This document shows, piece by piece, positions 13,010 through 27,017 of a stretch of 64,000 nucleotides of DNA. The notes beneath the pieces were generated by a model. That model made no database searches. It was not told where the DNA came from and worked only from the letters and a program-made list of their open reading frames with translations. The position numbers and the translations under genes are program-made. Numbering within the stretch: position 1 is the stretch's first letter; every line of letters starts with the position of its first letter. Origin of the DNA: Octopus vulgaris (Eukaryota); contig OX597815.1 of assembly GCA_951406725.2 (NCBI GenBank), positions 106,144,001 to 106,208,000 of the forward strand, written 5' to 3'.

Positions 13010-16000
13010 TTAGCCAAGTGAGAAGGGTACCAGGCAAGCAGCTTAAATGTCAATGGCTGATGTCTTGTCATTGGCACCATTGTGTCTATGGTCAACCATT
13101 CTGGACAAGCACCTACTCAGTCTACCTGTCTAGCACGAGATCTGTCAGGATCCTATAGGTCTATGATCAAGTTCGTTCCAGCTGTGACCATGCCAAGCAT
13201 TTTCTTTTTTCACCAGATATAGTGTATCTACAACATTATACATGTATATTTCTCTTTTTTACAATAGTAGAGTGTGAGATGAAGATTAATGGCTGCCATT
13301 TCTAGCAGAATGAATGTTCACATAGGGATGATCATATATGTGATGTCTTGAGTGATGAAACATAGGAAGTTTACTCAGTAGAATGCAAATTAAAATATCC
13401 TGTGACCTACCAAGTCATTGGGACTCTATTGAGACTTCAACATCAGATAATGTATCAATAGAAAGCCATCATGATAACATCCATCCTTTTCCAATATATT
13501 GTTTCAGAGCTTTCAGTATTGTGTATTTCATATTGATAACAACTTTGACTTAAGTTAAAGTTAAATATTTCGTAAATCAATTTATCTTTATTAAACTTTG
13601 TCATCAATTTCAGAACAACTTCAAAACCTGGTTTTTGATAGATTCACAACTAAATGATGACTGGCTTGACCAACTGAGCAGTGTATTCAACAACAAACAG
13701 GTATGTCTCGTGTTAACTTGGCTTTAATAGGCAATGATAGTCTTCAAACCCAGCACTGCAGAATTATCATATCACTTTGCTTTTTAGATTTAAAACATTT
13801 TTGTTACAACAAGTGTGAAGTTAGTGTTACTTTGCTGACTACAGCAATATTATGTACATCAGTAAGCTTCTAAAGAAAAAACTAAGAAGATTACATTTCC
13901 ACTTGTTTAATTTCATTAACAATAAACTGTACATCTGAAGAACTTACTATCAGATAGTGTAATCTAACAGAAAGAGGGTAGTATTCTGAGATGTAATAGT
14001 CCCATAGTGAAGCAAGCTTACAAATTATATAGAATAAATAACTTGGTGACACCATCTGCATGAAAAACTATAACTAAATTTGTGTTAATATATTTCATGC
14101 AGAAATCACATAAACTTGAAATAATTATGTGATGAAGAAAAATATACAATATTAGTAAGTGATTACTACTATTAAATTACATCTTAATTATTTGAGCAAG
14201 TACAAGAGACAAATGAGAACATGCTTTGACTATATTATAATCTCCTCAGTGAAGCATAGACTTTACTGTACATGTCAAAGTAGTGCTAAGAGAATCGCTA
14301 AATAAATGCATGAGATTGTACACTGGTTAATGTAGAAGAACAGAGTTGTTTAAAGTGGGTATAAGCAAACGTTTTTTGACCAGTGTGCTACATGAAATAT
14401 TGTTCATCATGAATCAAACCATACTACTAAAAGAAGAGTTTAACAAGCTTCATATTTAATTATTGTATACGGTTTAATTTGACTGTTTATAGTATGATCT
14501 GGGAAAATTATAAGGAAAGCAACTTTGAAATGAAACACCAAAAACTTATGATTATGAAGAAAAAATGAAAAGGAAATGAATGTGATAGGTAGAATAGGAC
14601 ATGAAGCATGCATCACAGGAAGTTGCCTCCTCATTACTAAACAAAATCTTCATCCTTAGCTCTCACAAACTTGGTTTGGGGCAATTTTTACAAGGTTTTC
14701 AATGTCTGAAGTGTCACACTTTGTTTTTGAGATGATTATCTGTCAATACTGTCCTTGTTTTAGACATAATATTCTTTAGAAAGAGTTGAATAAACTGCAA
14801 AATGATGCATCTTTAAATTTTTGCCTGAGAAGTTCATCACTCTATCATTTCCATTTTCAGTTTCTTTCATGACATATTTTCAGTATGAGCATTAAATGAA
14901 TTTACAAAAAGGGGAAATTCTATTTCTCTAACTTTGAAGTTATTAAATCTTGAGCTCAGTTTCTTGAATGAAACCCCTACTAAAGTCAAAAACAAGAGTA
15001 AAATTGACAGGTAATCATCTCAAAGACAGTTTACAACACCTCACACATTGAAACCTTGTAAAATTTCATTGTATTCAGACTCATCATTGTTATTGTTAAT
15101 GTGAGGAAATGGAAAGTATCACTGTAACTTTCCCATATTTGAAGTTTCATCTCATAAACTTTGACATAAGAATAAATTTCAAGATTTAATTGATTTTCCT
15201 TCTGCAATTTTAAATGAAGATTATTTAAATAATCAAAGTACTGCAAGATCACAAACTTAGTTATTCTTGATATCAAGGAAAAATTTGTTATTCATTTCCA
15301 AAAAGCTTTCATACCTCTCTGTGGCTATAAAAACATCAAAGCATCTTCACTTTGCTTAACAAATGAACTGCACAATAGCATACCAGACTGCTATCCTCAG
15401 ATTAAAGCTTTCTAAAGATTTAAACTGGTATGGTTAAGTGCTTGGAATTTTTTGAAATCGATGTGTAAAATGGCATGTGTAACGAACTTTAGTGTGTGAA
15501 TATATCTTCTCTTGTACTTTCGGGGTACAAGAAAGCAAATCACTAGCCATTGCTTTAATAATCCAGATTCTCTACCAGTCAGAAACAACAAGACGCAGAC
15601 GTAAAAGATATATATACTACTTTATTCTCTTTCTTGGTAACAGTAACAATAAGTGGTTATCTGATGTCCTTGGTTCTGGGCGCGCAAGGCTGAAAGTTAA
15701 TCGATTGTAATATTTACAATGTTTAGCCGCTAAAAACAGAACGGGTTAAAGATGGCGTCCGGAACAGGGAAGATGAATGTGGTCGGCAACAATTTGGTGA
15801 AAACATTCGGCCGACTGCTATCAGAGCTGGACAGCTAGAAAATATACGTCCGTCGCCTTCGTCGCTGCCGTCCCAAGTCCCCGCTGACTGCTGCTAGTGG
15901 TCAAACGTTCTACGACCCCCTTGCCTTGGCTAACTACCACGTAGGCAAAAGGGTCGTGCTTCCGGTGGTTCGCGCATGCGCGAGAGGGCCCTTCCTTTCT

Positions 16001-19000
16001 GTGCCTTGGTGAAGGCACCAACACTCGCATGCGCGAAATAGAAAATGGACGGTGCGCACGCGCACCGTTATAGGATCACTACAAGGCTCCCCTCCAGTGC
16101 TTACGCACGAAGGAAACTTATTGTAGTGACTGCAGAACTCAAGGTGGACACCAGATAACCAAATAGCACACAATATAATAAAATGGCAAAATTTATAACA
16201 TACACAAGAAATTTACTAAAGGAAAAAGAGAAAAAATACTCAATGAGCAAAAATCAAGAGTGCATGCATGAAAGTGTATACGTCACAAAGTATAAACCCT
16301 TCCGCTGAAGGGAGCGGAGGGAAAGCAAAACTCACAGTTAATGAACCTAGGCGAAATTAAATCCAACTTCTCTAAAGGTAGTTGATCCTGCAAAATAGCA
16401 GTTAAATCAATTGCTGCAGGAGAGGAAATGGAATTGACAGAAGCTCGCTAGTAACACAAAAGGCAAAAGTGCAAACATGCTGGTGTGATGCGCGACACAG
16501 ATAATTTTTCTGTTAATTACGTGACCAACAGTGGTCTAACAGGGAAAAATAATTACGCCTAAACATGGCGCAGCGCATGTGAACATCCGACGTCCTATGA
16601 GTCGGGAAAAGAACTAAGCCAACGCAAACGTGTTGCAAAAAACAAGGCAATACACGTGCGAAGCAAGGCGCATGAAATGCAATAGTGCTTGCCAGACCGA
16701 AAAAAAGCAATGAATATGCCAGTGGTTGAGCGATTATATGCCTCGTTCGTACAGGAACAAAAGTATGGCATGCCAGCGCGTTATAATGGACAAACAACCC
16801 TCTCTATGTATACGTGACCCCTAGGGTCTATAGAAATGAGGTGTGTCCACAAAAGGCAAATTTAGCATGGAACAAACAAGCGAGAAAAGCATGTGTGACG
16901 TATGTATGTGAGAGATAGCATTTATGTGTGTGTACGTGTGTGCGACAAAAATACATACAAGGTGAATGCGAGCAAAAAAATAAATACAGCGCATAGAAAA
17001 AAATGTCTCTCAAGGCTATTCCAGACAAGAGTTAATTTACCAGTCTGTAATAGCCTGATGCACAATAGCAGTTCGTTCTGTAACAGAAATGTTGAAATCA
17101 CAAAATGCAGATGCCGGTTGAACACAATGTGTAGCGGTTGTAGCTTCGATGCTGTGACAGGTTAACTGGAACAGAAGAATCTCGTAGATAGACGGTGCTG
17201 TGAATCCTTGGTGTGCATATGCACATACAGCGTGCACGCTAAAGTTCCGCGAGTTGCTATGTACATCTTGGTCGACGGTGTTGAAAGGCGACGGTGGTGG
17301 AGGAAGGCGACTGTAGTGGACTTGAGACAACATCATTCTTAGTGATGATGGCGACGAAGGTAACGACGACGTGAAGTAGTAAGACGACGATGGCGATGAC
17401 GAAGGTGGAGAAAAGGCATCGAATATATGATGGCGTTCGTCATCATGGCTGTAGAATAAGAAAGAGGCTCCTTCTACAACTGTTTGTTGTGGCCGGAAAC
17501 AAATCGTCGAAAGATGATGACTGCGTAGAGTTATATCGTGTTCCGACTTCGCAGAAAAACTGGATTTTTTTGTTGTTAAGTGATCTCTGGTTTTAGACCA
17601 GAATCACGTCGGGGGGTCACCACTGTAAGGAATATGTGAGTGTGTGAATATATCTTCTCTTGTACTTTCGGGGTACAAGAAAGCAAATCACTAGCCGTTG
17701 CTTTAATAATCCAGATTCTCTACCAGTCAGAAACAACAAGACGCAGACGTAAAAGATATATATACTACTTTATTCTCTTTCTTGGTAACAGTAACAATAA
17801 GTGGTTATCTGATGTCCTTGGTTCTGGGCGCGCAAGGCTGAAAGTTAATCGATTGTAATATTTACAATGTTTAGCCGCTAAAAACAGAACGGGTTAAAGA
17901 TGGCGTCCGGAACAGAGAAGATGAATGTGGTCGGCAACAATTTGGTGAAAACCTTCGGCTGACTGCTATCAGAGCTGGACAGCTAGAAAATATACGTCCG
18001 TCGCCTTCGTCGCTGCCATCCCAAGTCCCCGCTGACTGCTGCTAGTGGTCAAACGTTCTACGACCCCCTTGCCTTGGCTAACTACCACGTAGGCAAAAGG
18101 GTCGTGCTTCCGGTGGTTCGCGCATGCGCGAGAGGGCCCTTCCTTTCTGTGCCTTGGTGAAGGCACCAACACTCGCACACGCGAAATAGAAAATGGACGG
18201 TGCGCGCGCACGCACCGTTATAGGATCACTACACATGTATGACATTCTGAAATTGTATCAACTTAGCAAATAAATTCTCTTGATTAATTATGTAATGAAA
18301 AGTTTCTTAATCATTGTCAAATTTAGTGAAGATTATTCCAGTTCTAACTTAGTTAGAAAGCATAGCCTACAGCCAACCATTTCTGAGTCTTTATCTGGTG
18401 AAACATTAACAAGCCCTTGAAAAGAGACAGTCAGCTATGTTATTGCTTTCTTTATTTCTTCAAAGATATTGTTTCTTGTAATAGCAGTTTCATTGTTTAA
18501 ATACAAGTCATTTCCTCAGCAACATGAAAGGGTTTATCTACACCACATATAAATGTTGCAAGTTGAACTGAATCTGATGTACAATTACTTTTGTCGATAG
18601 CCAGTAACAATGAACAAATTCCAATAATTCTTCTGCTTGCATAACCTTGATGTCAGCTGTAATTTCTTCAACTTGTTTTGTTATTGTTCTTTAAGACAAG
18701 CTAATCTCTTCAACATTTTAAACTTTTCCAGTTACAAAAGTTCAGTATCTTCCACAAAGCATTCTTAGACTAATTTATCATCAGTTTGCAAGCACAATTT
18801 TTCCAAGTACTGTCTGCCTTCTTTAGAAAAGCATCTCTATCTCCTTCGAATTTTTCATGCCTAGAATATTTTGTAGTATAATAACAATTAAATTTTCTAA
18901 TTGTGGAGAGAGATTTAAAACCATATTATATTTATCAGTCTGTTTTTCACCAAAACAAAGAGATAGTAAATATTTTTCCAGAAGTTTGCTTCTCAGCCAC

Positions 19001-20302
19001 ATGATTACAAGTTTAGTCCTACTGTGGGCAATGTTTTTTACTACAGCCTTGGATCATCTAAAGCTTCTGATTGGATCTGGGAGATGGACACTGGAAAAAA
19101 AACAACCGTTGTGTGTGCGTGCATGTGTGTTACTGTCTCCATGAGATTGTTGTAAATAAGTGTCACTGTCATGCAAGTGGGTGCTTTTGGTTTCCTTTCT
19201 TCCATGAAAATGTACCTGGTCATGGAGGAAATATTACATTATTTGAAGATGTAGGTTGGCAATAGGAAGGGCATCTGGCTATAGACAGTCTGCCTCAACA
19301 AATACTGCCTAACTCATTCAAGCATGGAAAAGTGAATGTTAATATGCATGTATTAAATTAATCAATCAATGCATTGGGTTTATCAAGAATTAAAATTTTA
19401 AAAATTACAATATTTTTTTCACACTGAGAATTTGAAAGTAAATTTCACTGATAATCACATTGTTGATGATGGCAGATGTTTTCCTTTTTCTAACATGTTT
19501 ACCAACAATGCAACAAGTATTAGTAAGTAAGGAATATTATTGATATTAATAATTATTAATATCAATTGTTAATAATATTATCTAATAAAAATATATATTA
19601 ATAAAAAAAAAGGAAGATTACTCTAGCATTTATCAATTATCCTTATCTGATTTAGGTTTTATTGGCTAGATTATTTCCCTCATCTAGCTTGAACCTTCTT
19701 CCCCAGAACTCTATCATTCTGGAACTCAATTCCTGTTCATATTTTCCTTACTGACATCAACTTATTTCAACTGCATATTGTCATCATTGCCATTGTTTAA
19801 CTCTAGATCAACCCTAATAAAAAAAGCCTTTGGTAAAAATCATTCCATGATCATCTTACAAAGTTTGGTGGGGTTTATTCTAGCATAGAGTTCCTATTAT
19901 CTAATGTACTTTGTTTGAAGATTTGGCTGCTATGCTAGATGAAGCAACCATGTAGCAGCTTTCTTGTTGGCTCTTGGAAAGGCTTGTAAAGGCCATAAGC
20001 AACAATCAGCCTCATCCTTTAGACTTAATTACTTAAAGGATGTTCAGTTTTATTGATATATAGATCTTTTATCTTTTATGTTTTGCATGTTCCAGTTGTT
20101 AGACTGTGCTCATGTTGGGGCACTGCCTTGAGGAATTTTAGTTGAATTAATCAATCCCAGTATTTTTTAAAGCTTGGTACCTATTCTATCAGATCTATTC
20201 TGCCAAATCACTAAGTTACAGGGACATAAATACACTGACACTGGTTGTCGAGCAGTTATTGGCAAACAAACACACACACACTGACGCACAAACACACACA
20301 CA

Positions 20303-20347
<45 letters not shown>

Positions 20348-20528
20348 ACATATATATATATATATATATATTCACATACACACAATGGGCTTCTTTCAGT
20401 TTCTGTCAGACAAATCCACTCATAAGGTTTTGGTTGACCCAAGGCTATAGTAGAAGACACTTGCCACATAGCCACTCTTGAGCCTATTATATATATATAC
20501 ATATATATTATAGGCTTAAAAGTGGCTG

Positions 20529-20613
<85 letters not shown>

Positions 20614-20622
20614 CACACACAC

Positions 20623-20653
<31 letters not shown>

Positions 20654-23600
20654 TATATATATATACATATATGCACACGCACACACACTTTGAGGAGTTG
20701 GGTTAAAGAGGCATTATCTATGATCATTACAGGCCCTCCAAAACAAGAGAGCTTGCTGTGATTATGTTCTATTTAAATTCTTGCAGGTCAACACTTGTAA
20801 GGAAGACATAAGCCAAAAGAAGATTCCAGGAGGCTGATGTTCTCAGGGGAGAAAGAGAACTGCGTGCAGTGATGAGTGGGTTGGATGCATCAAAAGTAAC
20901 TAAAAGTGAAGAGACAAGTGGACCTAAGAGACCAGCTAGCTGTGAAGGAAAAAGGCTATTATAGTAGTGATAGAAAAGACAGAGAGAGAAAGAGTACAGT
21001 TTATCTGTGGATCAGATGCTGGAGCATGTCTATTATTGACTAAATGCCAATCCTAGACCACATTCTGAGACATGCCACTTTTGTAGATGTAGTCCAGGAT
21101 GTTTATGTGTGTAGCAAAAAGACATCCTGGACTGCTGCCAATTATCAACATGTATTTTCATCATCACCACTTAACATCCGTTTTTCATGCTGGGTTGGAC
21201 AGTTTGACAGCAGCAGGCTCCGTGTTTGTTTTGGCATGGTCTCTACAGTTGAAAAGCCTCTCTGACATCAACCACTTTACAGTGTGTACTGGGTGCTTTT
21301 ATGCAGCACCAGCATGGGTGTGTTTACATGGCACTAGTACAGGTGCGTTTTACATGGCATCACCCATGAGCCTGCAATATTTGGAATGCTCAGCTGAAAA
21401 GGGATGCAAGGACAATCATGATTTTACTTATTTTGACGTGTCTTCTCAAACACAGCAAACCACTAGGAGTCTCAGTCCCCTGTCATCCCCTCTGTGAGGT
21501 CCAACATCTGAAGATTTTTCTCACCACCTCATCCTACGTCTCCTTGGATCTACTCCTACCACAGGTTCCCTTCACAATTAGAGATCATCACTTCTTGATG
21601 CAGCTGTCCTCATCCATATGCATCACATGACCACACCAGTACAATCTTCTTTCTTGGACACTACATCTTATGCCTGGTATACCCAGTTTTTCTCTCAAAT
21701 CGCTTACACTCTGTCGTATATGCACACTGACATTATCCATCCAGTGGAGCATACTGGCTTTATTTCTTTCAAGCCTTCACATATTCTCAGCACCTATCTC
21801 TCTGCCATGTAGTATAGCTGTCTATACACAGGCATCATACAATCTGCCTTTCACTCTGAGGGAGAGGCCCTTCATTACTAACAGTGGTAGTAACTCTCTC
21901 AACTTCACCCAGACTATTGTTATTCAAGCAGCTATGCTTTCAAAACAACCTCCACCTCTAACTTGGTCACCTAAATAATGAAAACTTGTCTGTTACTTCT
22001 AAGGATCCCCTCTGACATTTAAGGGAATCTGCTTTTTTTTTTGTATATTCCTGGTGTTTAGTGTACCTGCATATCTGCCACATGTAAAGACTATTTTCTC
22101 TGTTAGTCTTCCAATGATACCACTGCACCTTTTATGTGTCTATAGCTTGCACTGGGTAACACTTTTTCTGCATATTAAACCCGACCATCTCCCTAGAGGG
22201 ATCTGTGATCTGTATCATATAAAATAAATTTTCATAAGAATTCTTGTCTGTTTTTCTGTACAGATCCAACTGAAAAATGGAGATATAGTTCCAATGAATG
22301 GCAATGTGAAAACCTTCATAGAAACAGACTCCATAGACTCAGCATCACCAATGACTATAACTAAATTGGTACGGTTTGTATCACATTAATCAGTATAGAG
22401 AATTGATTAGTTGATAAAGTAGAGGATTATCTGCTTAAAAGATCATGAATTCAAATCAACTACAGGTATTTTGTGGTGTTTCTTGACAAAACATTTTATC
22501 CTACATTGTCTTGGTTCACCTATCTTTTGGAAATTAAATATATATCTGATTAATGATTGATTAGCATATTAACCAAGCAAAGATTTATTTCTCATCAATG
22601 CATCTCTGAGTTGTTGCAATATTCTTGCAGAACTGGTAAAGCAGCAAACTAACTATTCCTTGAAGTATTTAGATACATTCATTTACATTTGAATCCTGCA
22701 CTTTTCATCTCACATATTTCAGTAACCAGTAAAACATTAGGCTAAGTATTATTCTCTCCTACCAAGTTTCTGATTTTGTACCTACTGTTGAAATCAATAT
22801 TTGTGTGAATTATTTTTCAGGGTATGATCTACTTTAGTGGCCTTGTTACATGGGAAGTCTTGACCAAGTCATGGATCAAAGCAAAGAAGCATAAAAATCC
22901 TCAAGTATGTAATCTTTAGTAGCAACTCTTTGTAATGTAAGAAGATTGGTTTCATGAATTAAAATTGCATTTTTCAAAAGCAAGAAACTCCTCTCCTCCT
23001 TTCCTCTTCATCATAATCTTGCGAGCCATCACTGAGGAGAAGACTGGCTGTCTATGGAAAATCTTATGTGCTAATGATCTAGTTCTCATAACTAAATCTA
23101 GAGTGGGATTAGAGAAGAAATTCCAGGCATGGAAGCTAAACCTGGAATTGAGGGGCCTTAAAGTAAACCTGAAAAAGACAAAGGTTTTAGTAAGTAAGAA
23201 AGAACACAGGACTCCTGTATCATCAAAGGAATGGCCTTACTCAATATATAGAAAGAGGGTAGGTATAAATTCCATATGCTGTATTCAATGTAAACCATGG
23301 GAACATAAGCAATGCAGTGGAATCATTGGCAGACTGTCAGACAGTGTAAGATTCATATGTGATAGACACACTGGAGGTGTATTTACGAATACACTGGAAA
23401 TTGAAATTGAGGATTCGTTAGAAATAGTTGAAAGATTTTGTTATCTAGGAGATGTAATTAGCAAGTGAGATGGATGCTATGAAAGTATAGTAGCTAGAGT
23501 AGGAACTGGTTGGGTAAAGTTCAGGGAGCTATTACCACAGTTGATAACAAAGGGTTTTTCCCTAAGATTGAAGGGCAGATTGTATGATCCTTGTGTAAGA

Positions 23601-24825
23601 TCTGCAGTGCTGTATGGTAGAGAGATATGGGCTTTGAATGCAGAGAACTTAAGAAATTAAGCAAACATGTTCCATGGATGTGCACTGTGAGTGTGTGTGA
23701 AAGAATCAATACAAAAGAGCTGAGTCAGATACTGGACATAAGAGAAGTCAGATGTAGTGTTCAAGAAAGAAGTCTGTGCTGATATGGACATGTGATGCAT
23801 ATGGTTAAGGACAGCTGTATAAAGTAGTACCAATCAATGTTGCTGGAACTTGCAGAAGAGGAAAACTCAGGAAGACATGGGATGATGTGGTGAAGACAAG
23901 TCTCTTTGAGAACCCCATATCTCAGGATCCTGAGTCTGATGGAGATGACAAAGGATTGGGATCTCTGCCACTTTGAGGCTTTCAAAGAGATTTGTCCTCC
24001 TCACCAAAACTGAGTTCTGAAAGTGCTATGTTTTGTGCTCCTCACCCACGTTACACTGACTCTCTCTCTTCCTCCTCTTTCATGCATCATGCCTGTCTCC
24101 CCTTACCTCCTGCCAGGTCCTACAGACTACACTACCATGTTGTCTCCCTCTCTTGTCCTCCTCTCGATAACTGTATCCTCTTACTACTCCTGCCATTGCC
24201 CCTCCCAACTCTTTTCTCCATCCCTCTATCTTCCTCAGCTCATTGTTCAGCCACCCTTCAACCTTATCTATTTTGGCAGTATGCCCCCTATCCTTATTCT
24301 CCTTTCTATAAAATCTTGCAGACCGCCCATCTCTACTCACCTTGTGCCTTTTGGGGCCACTTGGGCACCTCATCACCATTATCTATCTCTTGCAGCTGTT
24401 ACTAATCATTTTCTTTCTTTTTCCCCCTTTTCCCTATAAAATGTATGCAGCCATGCAGATCCATCTACAAGAACCTGCTCTGTCCCACTCTGCTCATAAT
24501 AATCAATTCATCCTCTAACATGAAGATGATCCCACCACCACTTCCCCTAAGGGTCACAGTCCTGCAAACTGCATGGCAGCCTCAGTAGTGCAGGCTACAT
24601 GGAAAAAGCACCCAGTCTATGCTGTTAAGTGGTTAGCATTAGAAAGGGCATCCAACTGTTGAAACCTGCCAAAGCAGACGTTGGCGCACACTACAGTCCT
24701 TGAACACGTCAGTTCCTGCCAAACCAGCATGAAAACATGGATGTTAGATGATGATGATGATGGACTCACCAAATTTTTTTTTAATATTTATAATGAAGGC
24801 AAATGTAAAATTATGAAGATGATGA

Positions 24826-24888
<63 letters not shown>

Positions 24889-25231
24889 TGATGATTTTGA
24901 TTTTTCCAGTTTCAGCTAATGAGCTGTGGCCATGCTGGGGCACCGCCATATATATATATATATATATACACACAAGTTAAACGGTTAAGTATTGAATATC
25001 ATATGCTATAAGTTCTTAGTTTAATGAAACTTACCCTCTGGGTTGGAGACGGATAACAGACATCGTAGTAATTGTTAGTAGTATTCAAAGGGAGATAATT
25101 TCAAGAAATTAAGAATAAGTTTCTCAAATTAATTTATGTCTAAGGAAAGGTTATCCGTCTCCAACCCAGAGGGTAAGTTTCATTAAACTAAGAACTTACA
25201 GCATATGATATTCAATACTTAACCATTTAAC

Positions 25232-25262
<31 letters not shown>

Positions 25263-26975
25263 ATCATCTTCATAATTTTACATTTGCCTTCATTAGGTTT
25301 GTTTGCGGGTTTGAGGGAAGTTATGAATATATGTTTCAATATATTTGACATTATCAGCACTGTACAGTTTAACTGAATTTGTAGATCAATAAAGTTTAAA
25401 AGAAAAAGAGTTATGTCTATTTTTGGCCAAGAGTAATTTGCATCATTAAAAATTAAGAGAGCTAAGGGAAATAACTCAATATGTAAACTTGAAATAAACT
25501 CGACACAAATTTTTAAAAATAAGATGTGTGTATGTAAGTGTAGTGTTTGTCTGTGAGTGTGTGAGAGAGATAATAAAAAGAATACACTATGAGAAGGCAA
25601 ACACTGCTATGGAAAGAAATAGATACACTAAACACTAATACTCAATGTATCACATGACCAATACACTAGAAAAGGAAATGCAACGTCAACTAGTTTGTTA
25701 TATGTAGTAGTAGTAGTAGTAGCAGCAGCAGCAGCAGATATTGATTTCTGATATTGGTTTCAATTTTGGCACATGGCCAGCCATTTCAGGGAAAGGGGCT
25801 AAATCAATTAGATCAACCCCAGTGCTCAACTGGTACTTATTTTATCAACCCCAAAAGGATGAAAGACAAAGTCAACCTCAGTGAAATTCAATTCAGAATG
25901 TAAAAACAAACAAAATACTTCCAAGCATTTTGCCCAGTGTGCTAACAATTCTACCAGCTTGCCGCTGTATTGATTTCTAATATTGACACTTTTGTGGAGC
26001 GAGGTTAATTCTACCCTAGTACATGACTGGTATCATTGTATCAACCACATTTTATATTAATGTTACTGATGTCATGCTTCTTTTGTTTGTTTTTTTAGAT
26101 TAATGGATCCAAGAATGGATATGATATTGCAGAGGTAAGTGTACCTTGGTTATAGTCTGTGATTTTAAAGAGTGATTGTAGCTAACTGTGCTATATAAAT
26201 TGAAATTATGTTATTGCTTTATACTCTTAGACCCAGCATATTTTTCTCTTTGCATCAATATATTTAGTGGATGATTAAATTGATAAAGCACTAGACAATA
26301 AATCAAGAGTTTAACAGTTTATTCCCTGTCAATGATGCTGATGAGAATCTGTGACTAACAACTTTAATAAACTTCTGTTAGCAGTGCCTAACTAGTTTTA
26401 TGTAATTACTACAGAATCCGTATCTCCACACCACTAATACTGATGAGTGTTTCATTGCTCTGCAAAGTGACAAGAATATTTGTAATTCACTCCTTAGTAA
26501 GAAATAGCTAACAACTTCATATAATTATATAAAAGACAAAAGACATCCACTTCAAGCAATTACTAACAGTCCTTTCAGTATAGTCTTAAAGGGCTGTTCA
26601 TCCTATCAGACTATATGTTAATATAGACGTTAAAATTTGGATTTTAATTTTGTTTCTTAATAATTTTCTCATCAAAAGAAATAAAAAACAAGATTTAGAA
26701 AGAAAAACATTTTCCTTCAATTTATTCTGTCTTTCATCAGTCTTAGGTCAATAAAATAAAGTCCCAGTCAAACACTGGAATTGATATAGTTGATTGATCC
26801 GTCACCCCCAAAACATCTTGATTTCATCCCTTTGGTATTAATAAAGTAAGTAACAACCATATACTGAGATAGAGTTATCGACTATACTCCTTATATAATT
26901 TGTCATTTTGTGCAGATATAAAAAGTCCTCATCATTTTTCTTCTCCCTTCTGTTCATACTTCCTCATTCTATTGC

Positions 26976-27017
<42 letters not shown>

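Larger units (their letters stand above)
14640..18960 (-). pseudogene. Decayed hAT (SPIN/Charlie/GTF2IRD2-like) transposase interrupted by an LTR element; ends approximate
   Basis: [37 protein letters not shown]; [13 protein letters not shown] (cf. HCIIHQEALCAK) continues across the LTR insertion to ALNH.QF. Confidence 0.75.

Noticed and set aside
15492-16030. Duplicated ORFs (15492/17640 and 15821/17969) as paralogous genes
   Set aside because: They are chance frames within the two LTRs of one element.
20167-20761. Long ORFs rich in [12 protein letters not shown] (also 9712-10429 beyond the exon, 32276-32595, 60039-60476)
   Set aside because: They are translations of microsatellites.
1935-22365. 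Rescue of the AAA1 site by A-to-I RNA recoding
   Set aside because: A>G could convert the Arg-finger AAA(K) to R, GNK to GNR and the P-loop GAT(D) to G. It cannot make the Walker A Thr from AAG or the Walker B DE from GCT GAT, so editing alone cannot restore catalysis.
26330-26490. Two CTGATGAG motifs suggesting hammerhead ribozymes
   Set aside because: No properly placed GAAA core or stem II/III pairing could be found by eye.
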